64,000 nt of DNA from a virus. Where the stretch lies: positions 1 to 64,000 of the IMG/VR virus record IMGVR_UViG_3300042539_000280. One strand, written 5' to 3'. This document shows positions 36,725-46,759 of this stretch, piece by piece; the stretch's first letter is position 1; every line of letters starts with the position of its first letter. The notes under the pieces were generated by a model. That model did no database searches and was not told where the DNA came from. It worked only from the letters and a program-made list of their open reading frames with translations. Position numbers and translations under genes: made by a program.

Positions 36725-38116
36725 TTAGGTTAGGTTTCTTACACGGAAGATGCGGTAATAGATGTTTGTGTTATTACCTGAGTTGGCCTCACGACCAGCA
36801 ACAACACCGTCACCAGCAGCGGTAGCAAATGGGTTTGCAACCATGCCGTAACGAGTCTTGAAGCCAATCTTTGGCTGGAAGGTATCCTGACCGATTGCAC
36901 GAACCATCTGTAGTGGAACGTATGGGCAGTAGAATAGACCAGCGTCAAATGGTGACTGACCACGGTAACCAACGGTTACTAGTTCGTCGCCGTTTGCTGA
37001 ACCACCGAAGTAAGGATCGATGTAAACCTTGATACGACCATGTAGCATACCAACGAAGGTGTTGCCTGTATCGTCAACGGTTAGGTCGGCAGATAGGGCT
37101 GGTGTATAAGAAAGAACACCGGCCATTGCCATGGCGGATGCAACGTCTGATGAAACGATCAGAACGTTACCCTTACCACGACGGGTTGCCTTGGCGATAG
37201 CGTTGGCTTCACGTTCGATGTGGAAGATTAGGCCCTTGAACTTTTCAACTGACCAACGACCGTTTGAGTCGGTGTCTAGATCGAAAGTACCGGCAGTTGT
37301 AACACCATACTGGGCACCAACTGTAGCAGAACGATAAATTGTGCGGATAACCTCACGATTGATTTCAGCAAGAATCTCTGTGGAGAGAATGTTTGCTAGT
37401 TCTGTTTCTGCGTCAAGACCGTGGATTGCCTTTAGGTCCTGTGCAAGTTCAGTGGTGTATTCTGCCTTTAGCGCACGGCTACGAGCAGTAACAGTTACCT
37501 TGTCAATGTTGAATGCCATTTCAGCAAATGCGTTAGAAGCGGCATCGCCTAGTGCTTCTGCCTGTGCTGTGGTCATACCACGGCCAACACCAAATGCAGT
37601 ACCGTCGCCAGATAGGTCGGCAACTGGGTTGTTGTTAGCGGAGTCACCGAATGAGGTGTTTGCCCATGCGGTACCAGCATCACCACCGGTGTTACCAGCA
37701 GCGTTCTTGGAAGAAAATGCGGTATTTGCTTCGAAGAATAGTGCTTCACCTGTAGTGCCTGCACCCTGTGCCTGCTGCTGCTTATAACGTGAACGCATAG
37801 CAAAGATTAGTCCTGTTGGACCAGTCATTGGCTGAACGCCACAAACGTCATAAGCGATTAGGTTTGGAAGCGCACGACGAACTAGGGAGATAAGAATTGG
37901 GTCGTATGAACCAATTGCAGTACCAGTACCTAGGCCACCACCAGCGTTTGTTGGTGCTGCTTCGTTTAGTGTGCGGGCTTCCTCAGCCATTGCCTTTTCT
38001 TGGTTCTCAAGGATAACGGCAGTGACCGCACGGCGGTATGGATCCTTGATCTGGGTGAGACCGTCGTGGTCAAGAACTGGTGACCACTTGGACTCTAGTT
38101 GTTCTGTAAGATACAT
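36725..38116 (-). CDS. gp23: Major capsid protein
   Basis: GVQPMTGPTGLIFAMR, SRALKAEYT.ELAQDLKAIHGLDAE, FYCPYVPL, FQPKIGFKTRYG. Confidence 0.99.
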   Translation of the reverse strand: MYLTEQLESKWSPVLDHDGLTQIKDPYRRAVTAVILENQEKAMAEEARTLNEAAPTNAGGGLGTGTAIGSYDPILISLVRRALPNLIAYDVCGVQPMTGPTGLIFAMRSRYKQQQAQGAGTTGEALFFEANTAFSSKNAAGNTGGDAGTAWANTSFGDSANNNPVADLSGDGTAFGVGRGMTTAQAEALGDAASNAFAEMAFNIDKVTVTARSRALKAEYTTELAQDLKAIHGLDAETELANILSTEILAEINREVIRTIYRSATVGAQYGVTTAGTFDLDTDSNGRWSVEKFKGLIFHIEREANAIAKATRRGKGNVLIVSSDVASAMAMAGVLSYTPALSADLTVDDTGNTFVGMLHGRIKVYIDPYFGGSANGDELVTVGYRGQSPFDAGLFYCPYVPLQMVRAIGQDTFQPKIGFKTRYGMVANPFATAAGDGVVAGREANSGNNTNIYYRIFRVRNLT

Positions 38117-38144
38117 TTTAGTTTCCTTCTTTCTTGGTTACTAA

Positions 38145-39572
38145 TTAGATTAGTTTAGTTTTTCCGATAGCCTGGACATACTTTGCCATTGGACCATTTA
38201 GGTTACCTTCAACGAGGGCCTGTGGATCGTCTGACACTTCGACCTTGTCAAGAACGTTGTCGGTCTTGACTGTGGCAGGGAAATAGTTTTCTCTTAGTGT
38301 AGAAATCTTTGTAATAAATTCGTCATCGTTGGAATATTCAACACCCTCAACGAGAGACTTTAGTTTCTCGGCCTGGGTTGTTGTAAGACCTTCACAGACA
38401 TAAGATGTCAATTCACTCTTGCGTGACTCAGAAATCATGCTGGTTAGTTCAACGTTGCGGTTGATTTCTTCGTTTATCTTTGCTTCAAGGGACTCAACGG
38501 TCTGTGATAGTTCCTCAACTACGTTGACTGAATCTTCTGGAATGTCAATGTAGTGTTCGGCAAATAGTGAACGTAGGCCAGAAATGAAATCTTCGGTTAG
38601 TTCGCTACGGAGAGCGGACTCAACGGCAACTTCATTCTCCTCAATCCACTGTTCAACAACGTAGTTTAGATAGTTATCAACATCTTCTGCTAGTTGTGCC
38701 TGAATTTCAGCAACTCTTTCCTCTAGGGTCTCGGCATATGCCTGCTCTAGTAGGGCAACTTCTTCTTCTAGTTTTGCCTTGACAGCAGCTTCGAAGATTG
38801 TGGTTGCTTTAGCATGGAATTCTTCTGATAGATCCTCACCTGCTAGAAGGGCGTCAACATGCTCAGACATATCAACCTGATAATCTTCAACTGCGGATTC
38901 TTCTAGTTCTTCTTCCTCTGAAATGATTTCAAAGTTTTCGTCGATAGCAGCAAGAATTTCTTCCTCAGAAAGACCGGCTTCGATGCCTTCGTTGATAAAT
39001 GCTTCTAGTTCTTCGGAGAGTTCAAACTCTTCCTCTTCCTTCATGCACTTGTCATCGTCATCATCTTCGTGGTCATCATCGTCATGCTTCATCTTGGACT
39101 TCTTTGCAGCTTCCTTGATGATTGCAACACGCTCGGCAACTGCGGCAGCATTATCTTCTGCTACTAGTGCTTCACCTTCTTCTTCCATCTCCTCGGCCAT
39201 TGCTGGCTGGGACTTTAGAGATTTCTTTGCTTCTGGTGCCACGCTTGAACGTGAGGACTTAGAGGTGTCCTTACCAGTCTTACCAGCAGCCTTAGCACCT
39301 AGATTTTCACCTGGTACTTCTGTTGGTGTCTGACCGCCTAGATCATCAACACCAGAGAAAGATGCAACATCAGCCGCACCTGCGGATGCGGGATGTCTTC
39401 CTTCTACTGCCTTTGAATTTGGGCGTAGTGTCTTAGCATTGCCTGTTGAAGCGGTAGATGGATCTACAGGATTTGGATTAGAAATCTTACCAGGGGAAAC
39501 CTCTGGATAATTACCCTCCTCTAGGACCTTACCTTCTAAAACAGCCTTTGCTGCTTCTGTTAGTGATGCCAT
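38145..39572 (-). CDS. gp22: Prohead core scaffold protein
   Basis: LSEEFHAKATTIFEAAV, VDNYLNYVVEQW, LFAEHYIDIPE. Confidence 0.93.
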   Translation of the reverse strand: MASLTEAAKAVLEGKVLEEGNYPEVSPGKISNPNPVDPSTASTGNAKTLRPNSKAVEGRHPASAGAADVASFSGVDDLGGQTPTEVPGENLGAKAAGKTGKDTSKSSRSSVAPEAKKSLKSQPAMAEEMEEEGEALVAEDNAAAVAERVAIIKEAAKKSKMKHDDDDHEDDDDDKCMKEEEEFELSEELEAFINEGIEAGLSEEEILAAIDENFEIISEEEELEESAVEDYQVDMSEHVDALLAGEDLSEEFHAKATTIFEAAVKAKLEEEVALLEQAYAETLEERVAEIQAQLAEDVDNYLNYVVEQWIEENEVAVESALRSELTEDFISGLRSLFAEHYIDIPEDSVNVVEELSQTVESLEAKINEEINRNVELTSMISESRKSELTSYVCEGLTTTQAEKLKSLVEGVEYSNDDEFITKISTLRENYFPATVKTDNVLDKVEVSDDPQALVEGNLNGPMAKYVQAIGKTKLI

Positions 39573-39614
39573 TTGGAATATACTCCTTTTCAGTATTACC
39601 GTTTATTTAGTATT

Positions 39615-40262
39615 TCAAAGTTTTGAAATGTAATTTTCAAAAATCTTTAGAGCCACTTCTTCTAAATCATGGCGAGAAGTTTCTTTTATGAGTTTTCTTG
39701 CATAGTCATTGTTCTGTTCGGTCCATTGACCATTCAAGAATACCCACTCTTTACCTTCCATAATGCCACGAACGAAAGCATCTGGTGCCGATGGGTCAGC
39801 CACAACATCTGCTGCTGTTGCTAACTTGTAGTCGTCTTGTACCAACTGGTAACCATTGTGTGGTCTAAGAGACCCTACGCCTCTTGTTGATACACCTAAA
39901 CTTGCACCACCATCTAATAAACTCTTTACGATCTTACCGTTTGGAGTATCCAAAATTTTAGCTTTACCAATAAAGTTATTACCGTCACGATGTAATGATG
40001 TAATAAGATGTGAAACTCTGTCTAGGTTGATTTGTGGATTCTCTGGGTGTCCTAGTTCACCAAAGGCACGGTTCTTTGTAACATATTCCCGATTATAACG
40101 ATCTGCCTCTTTGGCAAGCACGTTGACAGGATAAACACGACCATTACGGTTCTGCTTTTCTGCCTGCATAAAGATGCCGGTGATAAAGTGGTTCTTACCA
40201 CCCTTACCATCGGATTCTGTCAAATATTGAACGTCTAAAATTTCTTCGGTAATAAGTTTCAT
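39615..40262 (-). CDS. gp21: Prohead protease
   Basis: MKLITE, NRNGRVYP, GELGHP, GVSTRGVGS, DPSAPDAFV. Confidence 0.97.
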   Translation of the reverse strand: MKLITEEILDVQYLTESDGKGGKNHFITGIFMQAEKQNRNGRVYPVNVLAKEADRYNREYVTKNRAFGELGHPENPQINLDRVSHLITSLHRDGNNFIGKAKILDTPNGKIVKSLLDGGASLGVSTRGVGSLRPHNGYQLVQDDYKLATAADVVADPSAPDAFVRGIMEGKEWVFLNGQWTEQNNDYARKLIKETSRHDLEEVALKIFENYISKL

Positions 40263-40298
40263 TGTTTCCTCTACCTATTAGGTATATTTAGTATATTT

Positions 40299-41090
40299 TT
40301 ATTCCGTATCTTCTTGTAATCCGCTAATAATACCTTTAGCGAATCCACCCATTGCTTTACCATAATCACTAGCAACTCTTTTTGCACCGATCTTTTTACC
40401 GGCAGATGACCACTTTAGTCTGCTAATAGCACCGGTCTTGCCTCTGCGTTCTAGTCTCTTTGCTCTTTCCATAGCAGCATCATATCTGTCACCAGCATCG
40501 ATACCAACAGAAGGTGCCTTTAGTTTCTTGACACCACCAGATGGTTTCTTGACATCAGATGGTTCAAGTTTTACCTCTGGTGCTTTGCCTGTTTCTGGTT
40601 TTGGTTCTGCCTTAGGGGGAGCAACGTATGGTTTACCTGGTTCGGCGGATGCTCTTTTCTGTTTTGCTGCTCTCTTTTCAACTTCACGTTTTACACGTTC
40701 TGCTCTAGCCTGTGCGGCACCTTTTACTGCTGCACCTAATTTACCAGCAGCCTTCTTAGCACGAGCCTCAAGTTCTTTATCTGATCCTGAACCTGTACCA
40801 GTAAATGCTTCTTCGACTTTCTTTTTCTTTTTACCTTCGATATCGCTTTTAGCCTTCTTTTCGATTTCTTTTGCTGTGTTCAATGCTGCAAAATAATCAG
40901 AGGCCTTCATGAATCCGGCCTTCTTGCGTCTTTCGATATCTGCCTTGGTCATACCACCAAAGGCCTCTGCCTGAATCATCTTTTTCTTTTCGTAGAGTTT
41001 CTTTTCTAGGATTTCACCTAGTCTCTCCTCAAAGATTTCCTGTGCAGAAACATAATTTTCATTTAGGATGTTTTCTAGTAGTTCTGACAT
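40299..41090 (-). CDS. Lys/Ala-rich prohead/internal protein
   Basis: Position between gp20 and gp21; N-terminal core-like helix; [LIV]-x-E sites. Confidence 0.65.
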   Translation of the reverse strand: MSELLENILNENYVSAQEIFEERLGEILEKKLYEKKKMIQAEAFGGMTKADIERRKKAGFMKASDYFAALNTAKEIEKKAKSDIEGKKKKKVEEAFTGTGSGSDKELEARAKKAAGKLGAAVKGAAQARAERVKREVEKRAAKQKRASAEPGKPYVAPPKAEPKPETGKAPEVKLEPSDVKKPSGGVKKLKAPSVGIDAGDRYDAAMERAKRLERRGKTGAISRLKWSSAGKKIGAKRVASDYGKAMGGFAKGIISGLQEDTE

Positions 41091-41584
41091 TAGGTTGCCT
41101 TATGAACGTTGAATGCCGCTGGATCTCTTGTCTGACCCTGATCATAATCACGGCCATCTTTCTTTATTTCAATGAAAGCGGTCCATGTATCGGTTGCACC
41201 GGCGGTCGATGTGAATACAATATCGCCTGTGCAATTTGCTGGATCAGGAATCTCGATTGTACCTGGTGTTGAACCTGCATCAAAGTTATAATCGAATGGC
41301 CCGTTACCAAATGTAACAATAGAAGTATTAGTATTACCGCCCCACTGTAGAGTAACTGCCTTAGCAGCGGTCATCTGTCCTTGACCCCAAATACGCTTGA
41401 TAGCAACTCTATTGAGGCGCTTTGGATTTGATGTGCTTACTTGGCCAGTAGCATTGATAGCATATGCTAGGTTTGCTGCTACGATCATTGAAGCATTAGC
41501 ATCGCTGCCACCAACACCAACAACCTTGATAACGGAAATTCTATTGGTATCAACCAATGTTTGTGTAGTTAGAACTGTTGCCAT
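41090..41584 (-). CDS. Putative virion structural protein
   Basis: Head cluster position; beta-rich sequence. Confidence 0.6.
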   Translation of the reverse strand: MATVLTTQTLVDTNRISVIKVVGVGGSDANASMIVAANLAYAINATGQVSTSNPKRLNRVAIKRIWGQGQMTAAKAVTLQWGGNTNTSIVTFGNGPFDYNFDAGSTPGTIEIPDPANCTGDIVFTSTAGATDTWTAFIEIKKDGRDYDQGQTRDPAAFNVHKAT

Positions 41585-41588
41585 TTAG

Positions 41589-42383
41589 TTATGCCTTTAT
41601 TGAAAAGTTTAGTAGTTTCTTGAAGGATTCAAGGTCCTCGTTTAGCATACTTTCAACAATCTTTTTGTTCTTAGTATTGACCGAATCATAAACTTCAAGG
41701 ATTCTTTTTGCCATAGATGTATTTAGTGTAACTTGTCTTCCGTTGATAGAAAGGTCAGTTGACTCAATACCTTCGCTAACCATCTTGCGAATATCTGCAA
41801 TCTTATTTTCTTTTAGAGAGGCCTGCTTTAGTCTTGCTTGATATACAGGATCACTTTTTGGTGCCTTTTCCCAGGTGCTATAATGCTTGGATTCACCTTT
41901 TTCTGCTGGTGTCTTAGAACCTGGTTCTGATAGATTTACACCAGATTTCTTTTCTTTCTTATCTTCATCATCGTCTTTTTCTTTACCTTTGAAAAGACCT
42001 TTCATGCCACCTTTCAGAGCACCACCAATACCGCCTTTAGCATAACCACTAATAGCACCACCAATGGCATCTGCAATACCTTCTTCAAGGGATTCAAGAG
42101 AGTCATATACTTTCGACTCACTCAGATTTAGATTACCATCAGGTCCAAATGGGATTGATAGATACTTGTTTAGCAACTTAGAATAGTAAAGTGCCACAAC
42201 CTGTTTGTTAGGATAAAGTCTATATGATATTCTTCTAAAGATAAGTAGTGAAGGCATTTCTTTAGAAGAAGGTATGGTTTTTACGATACCTTTTTCCTCA
42301 AGCATCATTTCATCAGGAAGATGATCTACCTGATTTACAAAATTACCATCATATTCTTCACGAATCTGCTTGAGAGTTTTCAT
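41589..42383 (-). CDS. Prohead core-associated protein (gp68-like C-terminus)
   Basis: MKTLKQIRE start; AKRILEVYDSVNTKNKKIVESML C-terminus. Confidence 0.6.
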   Translation of the reverse strand: MKTLKQIREEYDGNFVNQVDHLPDEMMLEEKGIVKTIPSSKEMPSLLIFRRISYRLYPNKQVVALYYSKLLNKYLSIPFGPDGNLNLSESKVYDSLESLEEGIADAIGGAISGYAKGGIGGALKGGMKGLFKGKEKDDDEDKKEKKSGVNLSEPGSKTPAEKGESKHYSTWEKAPKSDPVYQARLKQASLKENKIADIRKMVSEGIESTDLSINGRQVTLNTSMAKRILEVYDSVNTKNKKIVESMLNEDLESFKKLLNFSIKA

Positions 42384-42385
42384 TA

Positions 42386-44230
42386 TTAGTCCTTTACAAA
42401 GTAGTTAGCAGCAATTTCTTTCTTACGCTCTTCCAACTTTTCGATAGCCTTTTCCTGTAGAGCAACCATTAGGTTCTCTTTCATAGCACCGAGATTATCT
42501 TCCATAATATTCTCGATTGCTTCGTTGATTAGTTTGTTTTCCATTTTAGTTTCCTCGTAAACTGTTTTGGTTGTGCCCATAGCACCAGGCTCTTTGATAG
42601 TATCTGGTTTATTTATGTTAGCATCTTCCCTGAATGGAACATTTTCGTTCCAGTCTTTATCCTGAGAAACTGCTTCGGATGTTAATTTCTTGATAGCAGT
42701 TCGGATACCGTGTTCTCTCTTGGACCAAGTCTTGATATCTGGTTTTGGACCTTCGAGAGACTTCTTACGGGATGCAGCGGCCTTCTTGGTGTATGAACCA
42801 AGAGTTTCTGCCTTTAGTTCATTGATCTGTGTTTCTTCTTCACAATTCCAACGGCGTAGTGCCTTATTGATGCGTGAATCCGGATCTCTTGCTGTCTTAG
42901 CAGAGGTCAAACGCTTCTTCATTCCACCCATGCGTGAACAGAATGATTTACGGCGTGATGCTCTTTTACCAGTAGGATTCTTTTCGGTTACGGCAGTTTG
43001 TAGTTTGGAACCTGGATTCTCACGCTTATAGGCATCAACTGCCTTCTGTGATAGACCATCGGTCTTATCTTTACGATTTACGGACTGCCAATCTTCTTTG
43101 ACAGGCTTGACCTTATTTACGTTAGTACCACCTTGCTTTGAACCTTTATAGGTATCGTCCTTTTCATCGTTCTTTGTGGTGGTTGGTTTTGGTTTGCTAC
43201 CATAAAACTTTGCTCTACGATTTACGTCACCAAAACGGTCGAATGGATGACCGATTAAAGCATAACCTTCTTGTTGATAGATACCACGTTCTGCGGTGTC
43301 AGGATACTTGTTTTCTTCATAGGTTGGACGCTCGGTATAACGAGTAGCAGATGAACCTTGTTCTGAAACTGGTACGCAATTAGGGACTTTCTTTCCACCC
43401 TTCTTCTTCATACCAACCATTTCGTATCCCTTCCAGCAGGGATCTTTATCTTCTTTCATATGTCTTTTTCCTTTGACAAGATCGTATGCTTTCTTTGCAT
43501 AATGAACGCCCGTAGCACCCCAACCTGCGGCGCCCGGTAATGTAGATGCCATTCTAACAACGTCACCCTTTGGTGAACCGTGACCGGATGATGCTTTACT
43601 CATAACATCACCCATGGTATAAATGTTAGCGGCAGTCATTCCTGCCATAGCAATTCTTTTGGCTTTCTTTAGTTTTTCACCTTCAACTTGAACGTCTTTT
43701 CTCATAGCACGAAGATCATTTGTTCCTTCGTATCCAGTCATACCGCCTAATTCATTTAGTTTACTGTATTGTGAAAGACCAATACCTTGTTCATGCAAAG
43801 CACGATTAGATGTTGTTTCGATTTCTTTTGGATTGAAAAAATTATATCCTAATCCAGAATTGTGAAGATCAAGATGTGCCTTTTTGATCCATGCAAACTT
43901 ATTACCGTTCTCGTCCTCATAGGACATAGAGTTTGTATCAATGTATTGTTGAACAAAGTTTGTACCAGCAGGATCACCAGAATAATATCCTAGACCTCTT
44001 ACACCATATGATGTTGATTCTTCCTCAATCTTGGATAGTTTCTTATAATAGTCCAACTTTTCACCAAGATGATCCAAAGCAATCTCTCTGGCAATCTTAG
44101 GATTATTAGTATGTTCTTTTTCTACTTTTATGCCATGCATCAACTGTTTTCTAACCTCAACGGAAGAAACACCATATTTCTTGGCCAAATCATTTACAGT
44201 TGGTGTTGGATTGTTTAGCAGTTTACTCAT
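42386..44230 (-). CDS. Multi-module internal head protein
   Basis: GIKVEKEHT...ALDHL module; PCWKGY...VPNCVP module; RRKSFCSRM...RINKALRRWNC module; core-like C-terminal helix. Confidence 0.7.
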   Translation of the reverse strand: MSKLLNNPTPTVNDLAKKYGVSSVEVRKQLMHGIKVEKEHTNNPKIAREIALDHLGEKLDYYKKLSKIEEESTSYGVRGLGYYSGDPAGTNFVQQYIDTNSMSYEDENGNKFAWIKKAHLDLHNSGLGYNFFNPKEIETTSNRALHEQGIGLSQYSKLNELGGMTGYEGTNDLRAMRKDVQVEGEKLKKAKRIAMAGMTAANIYTMGDVMSKASSGHGSPKGDVVRMASTLPGAAGWGATGVHYAKKAYDLVKGKRHMKEDKDPCWKGYEMVGMKKKGGKKVPNCVPVSEQGSSATRYTERPTYEENKYPDTAERGIYQQEGYALIGHPFDRFGDVNRRAKFYGSKPKPTTTKNDEKDDTYKGSKQGGTNVNKVKPVKEDWQSVNRKDKTDGLSQKAVDAYKRENPGSKLQTAVTEKNPTGKRASRRKSFCSRMGGMKKRLTSAKTARDPDSRINKALRRWNCEEETQINELKAETLGSYTKKAAASRKKSLEGPKPDIKTWSKREHGIRTAIKKLTSEAVSQDKDWNENVPFREDANINKPDTIKEPGAMGTTKTVYEETKMENKLINEAIENIMEDNLGAMKENLMVALQEKAIEKLEERKKEIAANYFVKD

Positions 44231-46088
44231 TTGTATTTACTAACTTTCCTCTGTCAGCAATGTGAGTTACTTTACCTTCATTATTCATGTATCTGTTATT
44301 GCCTGCATAAACCAATCCAAGGTCTTTTGCTTCTTCGGAAATAGTTTTCTTCTTAGCAGGCACCTGTTTCTTTTGTTTCATTTTTTCAAGTTCAATCTTT
44401 TTATCCATCATAGTGGATTCATGATCACGATTAGCAAGTTCTGCCTTACCAGGTCCTTCATCAGGTCCTGTAATCTTATCAACTTCTTTTTGAACTTGTG
44501 CCTGTGCAATTTGCTGTTGAGCACCAAAGGCAATCTGGTTCTGCATATCCTGTTGCTGTTGAACCGCTTGTGCTTCGGCATCAGCCTGCATTTGAATTTG
44601 CTGTTGCTGTGCAACGATAGCAGTTTCTTGTTCCATTTCGGCATTGATTTCTTCAATATCCTCGTCGGATTGCATTAGAATATTTTTACGAACCCATAGT
44701 TGTGAATAATACTTACCAACGAAAGGATCAACCTTTGTTAGTGTGTCGAGACGCATATTGAGGAGTTCTGCCTCTTTTAGTTCATCAAAGTTATTGTCTT
44801 TTTTGAAGTCGTACCAAATATCTTCCTTGAACTCTTTCCATTCTTCTTCGGTACAAACCTTCTTAGAAACCAACTGGACTCTTAGTAAGTCATCGAATAG
44901 AATAGAGAACTTATTGCGGAGTCTCTGAATAAACTTGGTAAATTTTAGTTCGTCTCTGGTAATTTCAGTAGAACGACCTAGAGAGAAACCTTGTGATGGT
45001 TCCATACGACCAATTGGAACATTTAGCGAACGATATAGTTTAGACTGGAAATACTTGACATCTTCCAATTCACCAAGGTTACGAGCACCTTCTAGTGTAG
45101 AGATTTCTGTACCTTTTGAACCTTCACGGCGTGGTAACCAAAAGTCCTCAAGCATTGATAGATGCTTACGGTCGTCCTTGATTTCACCAGTATTGGAATC
45201 GTATACCAACTTGTTACGATACTTGACCATGATATCACGGACATACTGTTCCGCTTTGACTGTGGGCATGTTACCAACGTCAATATAGAATACACGGCGT
45301 TCTGGTGCTCTTGATAGACGATAGATAACGGTAGCATCTTCAACCATTCTTAGATTGTTGAATGGCTTGATGGCCTTGTGGAGATAAGAAAGAACCATGG
45401 TCTGTTTAGGATCCATAAGTCCTGAGTTTACGTTTACGATGGAGTCTGGTGCAATCTTGGCACCTAAATTGGTACCTGAACCAATCATACCCTTTTCGTT
45501 ATAAAGATAGTATTCAATCTGTCTGCGGATTAGTTCGATGCCGGTTTGCGGATCACGCATTTTTTGAATTTCACGGATCTTTCTAATGCGACGTGGATCT
45601 ATATACTTTAGTTCTTGAATGCCTGCATCAGGCATAGTTTCGTCTATAACAATATGATAGAACATTCTTCCATCAACGTAGTAACGGCGGAAGATATCAT
45701 GTCCCATATTGTTGAAATTCAGTAATTTTAGAATGAAATTGAACTCGTCCTCAATACGCTTTTTGATAGCAGGAGGAACTTTTAGTTCATCCATGTTGAG
45801 TTCTACGCATTGACCACCATCTTCGACAACGATTGCTTCGTTTACGATTTCGTCAATTGCGGTTTCTACTTCTGGTTGGATTGAAAGTTCACGGTATTTG
45901 GTGATAAGTTGAGTTTCGTTACGGAAGGTGCCATCGAGGTCTACATATGTGCCATAATAACCGGCGCCAGCAACCGTTACTGCACCATCATCATTCTGAG
46001 GCAGTGTAAATGTTTTATTCTTTGGTTCGATTAGTTGCTGATCTTCAACCTTTTTAGGTGAACCGATTTCAAATCCGAAAAGTTTTAT
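44223..46088 (-). CDS. gp20: Portal vertex protein (start extended to an ATA codon)
   Basis: Frame open 98 codons upstream of the ORF-track start: (I)KLFGFEI...AIDEIVNEAI; also YRLSRAPERRVFYIDVGN, LEDFWLPRREG. Confidence 0.95.
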   Translation of the reverse strand: MKLFGFEIGSPKKVEDQQLIEPKNKTFTLPQNDDGAVTVAGAGYYGTYVDLDGTFRNETQLITKYRELSIQPEVETAIDEIVNEAIVVEDGGQCVELNMDELKVPPAIKKRIEDEFNFILKLLNFNNMGHDIFRRYYVDGRMFYHIVIDETMPDAGIQELKYIDPRRIRKIREIQKMRDPQTGIELIRRQIEYYLYNEKGMIGSGTNLGAKIAPDSIVNVNSGLMDPKQTMVLSYLHKAIKPFNNLRMVEDATVIYRLSRAPERRVFYIDVGNMPTVKAEQYVRDIMVKYRNKLVYDSNTGEIKDDRKHLSMLEDFWLPRREGSKGTEISTLEGARNLGELEDVKYFQSKLYRSLNVPIGRMEPSQGFSLGRSTEITRDELKFTKFIQRLRNKFSILFDDLLRVQLVSKKVCTEEEWKEFKEDIWYDFKKDNNFDELKEAELLNMRLDTLTKVDPFVGKYYSQLWVRKNILMQSDEDIEEINAEMEQETAIVAQQQQIQMQADAEAQAVQQQQDMQNQIAFGAQQQIAQAQVQKEVDKITGPDEGPGKAELANRDHESTMMDKKIELEKMKQKKQVPAKKKTISEEAKDLGLVYAGNNRYMNNEGKVTHIADRGKLVNTNE

Positions 46089-46117
46089 GGCCGTTACTCC
46101 CTATTCATGATGTAGTT

Positions 46118-46141
46118 CCCGTGGAGAGAAATCTCCACGGG
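46118..46141 (-). promoter_or_regulatory. Stem-loop in the gp19-gp20 intergenic leader
   Basis: CCCGTGGAGA-TTTC-TCTCCACGGG. Confidence 0.6.
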
Positions 46142-46164
46142 GTTTATTATATTTAGGACACTAA

Positions 46165-46731
46165 TTAGATCGAAGCAACCGAATCGGTTGTTGGTAGTGG
46201 GAAGATTGATTCCCACCACTGATATGCTAGTGTAACACTAAATTCTTCAATCTGGTCACCTGAAGCCCAATCAAGATCAATTGCAGCAACGTCAGTTGGA
46301 AATGCACCAACAATGTGATACTGCTTGATCAATTCACCGGTCTTAGCAAACTGTGAAACCCAAGCATCTGCCTGATAAAGGTTAGCAGTTGCTAGTGCAG
46401 GGTTACGGAGGTTGCCAACGTGTGAGTTGAGTCCAGACATCCATAGTTCTAGGTTATTACGGATACGGAAGTTTTCATCGTTGATAACGGTGAAAGACCA
46501 ATCTGTAAATGTGCGGGTACCAGCAACCTTGATTTCACGTCCAAAATATGGAACTGAAATTGAAGATACGCTGTCACCTGGTAGCGATGTTGCTCTTGCC
46601 TTGAAACGAATTTCCTGGTCAAGAGCGGTGAAACCTGCTGCCGGAGGTAGGTTCATCACAACCTCAAATAGAGAGGCACGTGCCCCGTCTAGTTGTAGGC
46701 TTGCTCTGAAATTTTGAACATTAAATGCCAT
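46165..46731 (-). CDS. gp19: Tail tube protein
   Basis: GARASLFEV, GREIKVAGTRTFTDW, IEEFSVTLAYQWW. Confidence 0.96.
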   Translation of the reverse strand: MAFNVQNFRASLQLDGARASLFEVVMNLPPAAGFTALDQEIRFKARATSLPGDSVSSISVPYFGREIKVAGTRTFTDWSFTVINDENFRIRNNLELWMSGLNSHVGNLRNPALATANLYQADAWVSQFAKTGELIKQYHIVGAFPTDVAAIDLDWASGDQIEEFSVTLAYQWWESIFPLPTTDSVASI

Positions 46732-46759
46732 TTGTTATTTCTCCTTGTCTCTCTATTTA

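Noticed and set aside
46088-46160. TAG stop-codon reassignment to explain the gp20 start
   Set aside because: Reading through the TAG reaches no ATG before the next stop, and regA, gp3 and gp17 end normally at TAG
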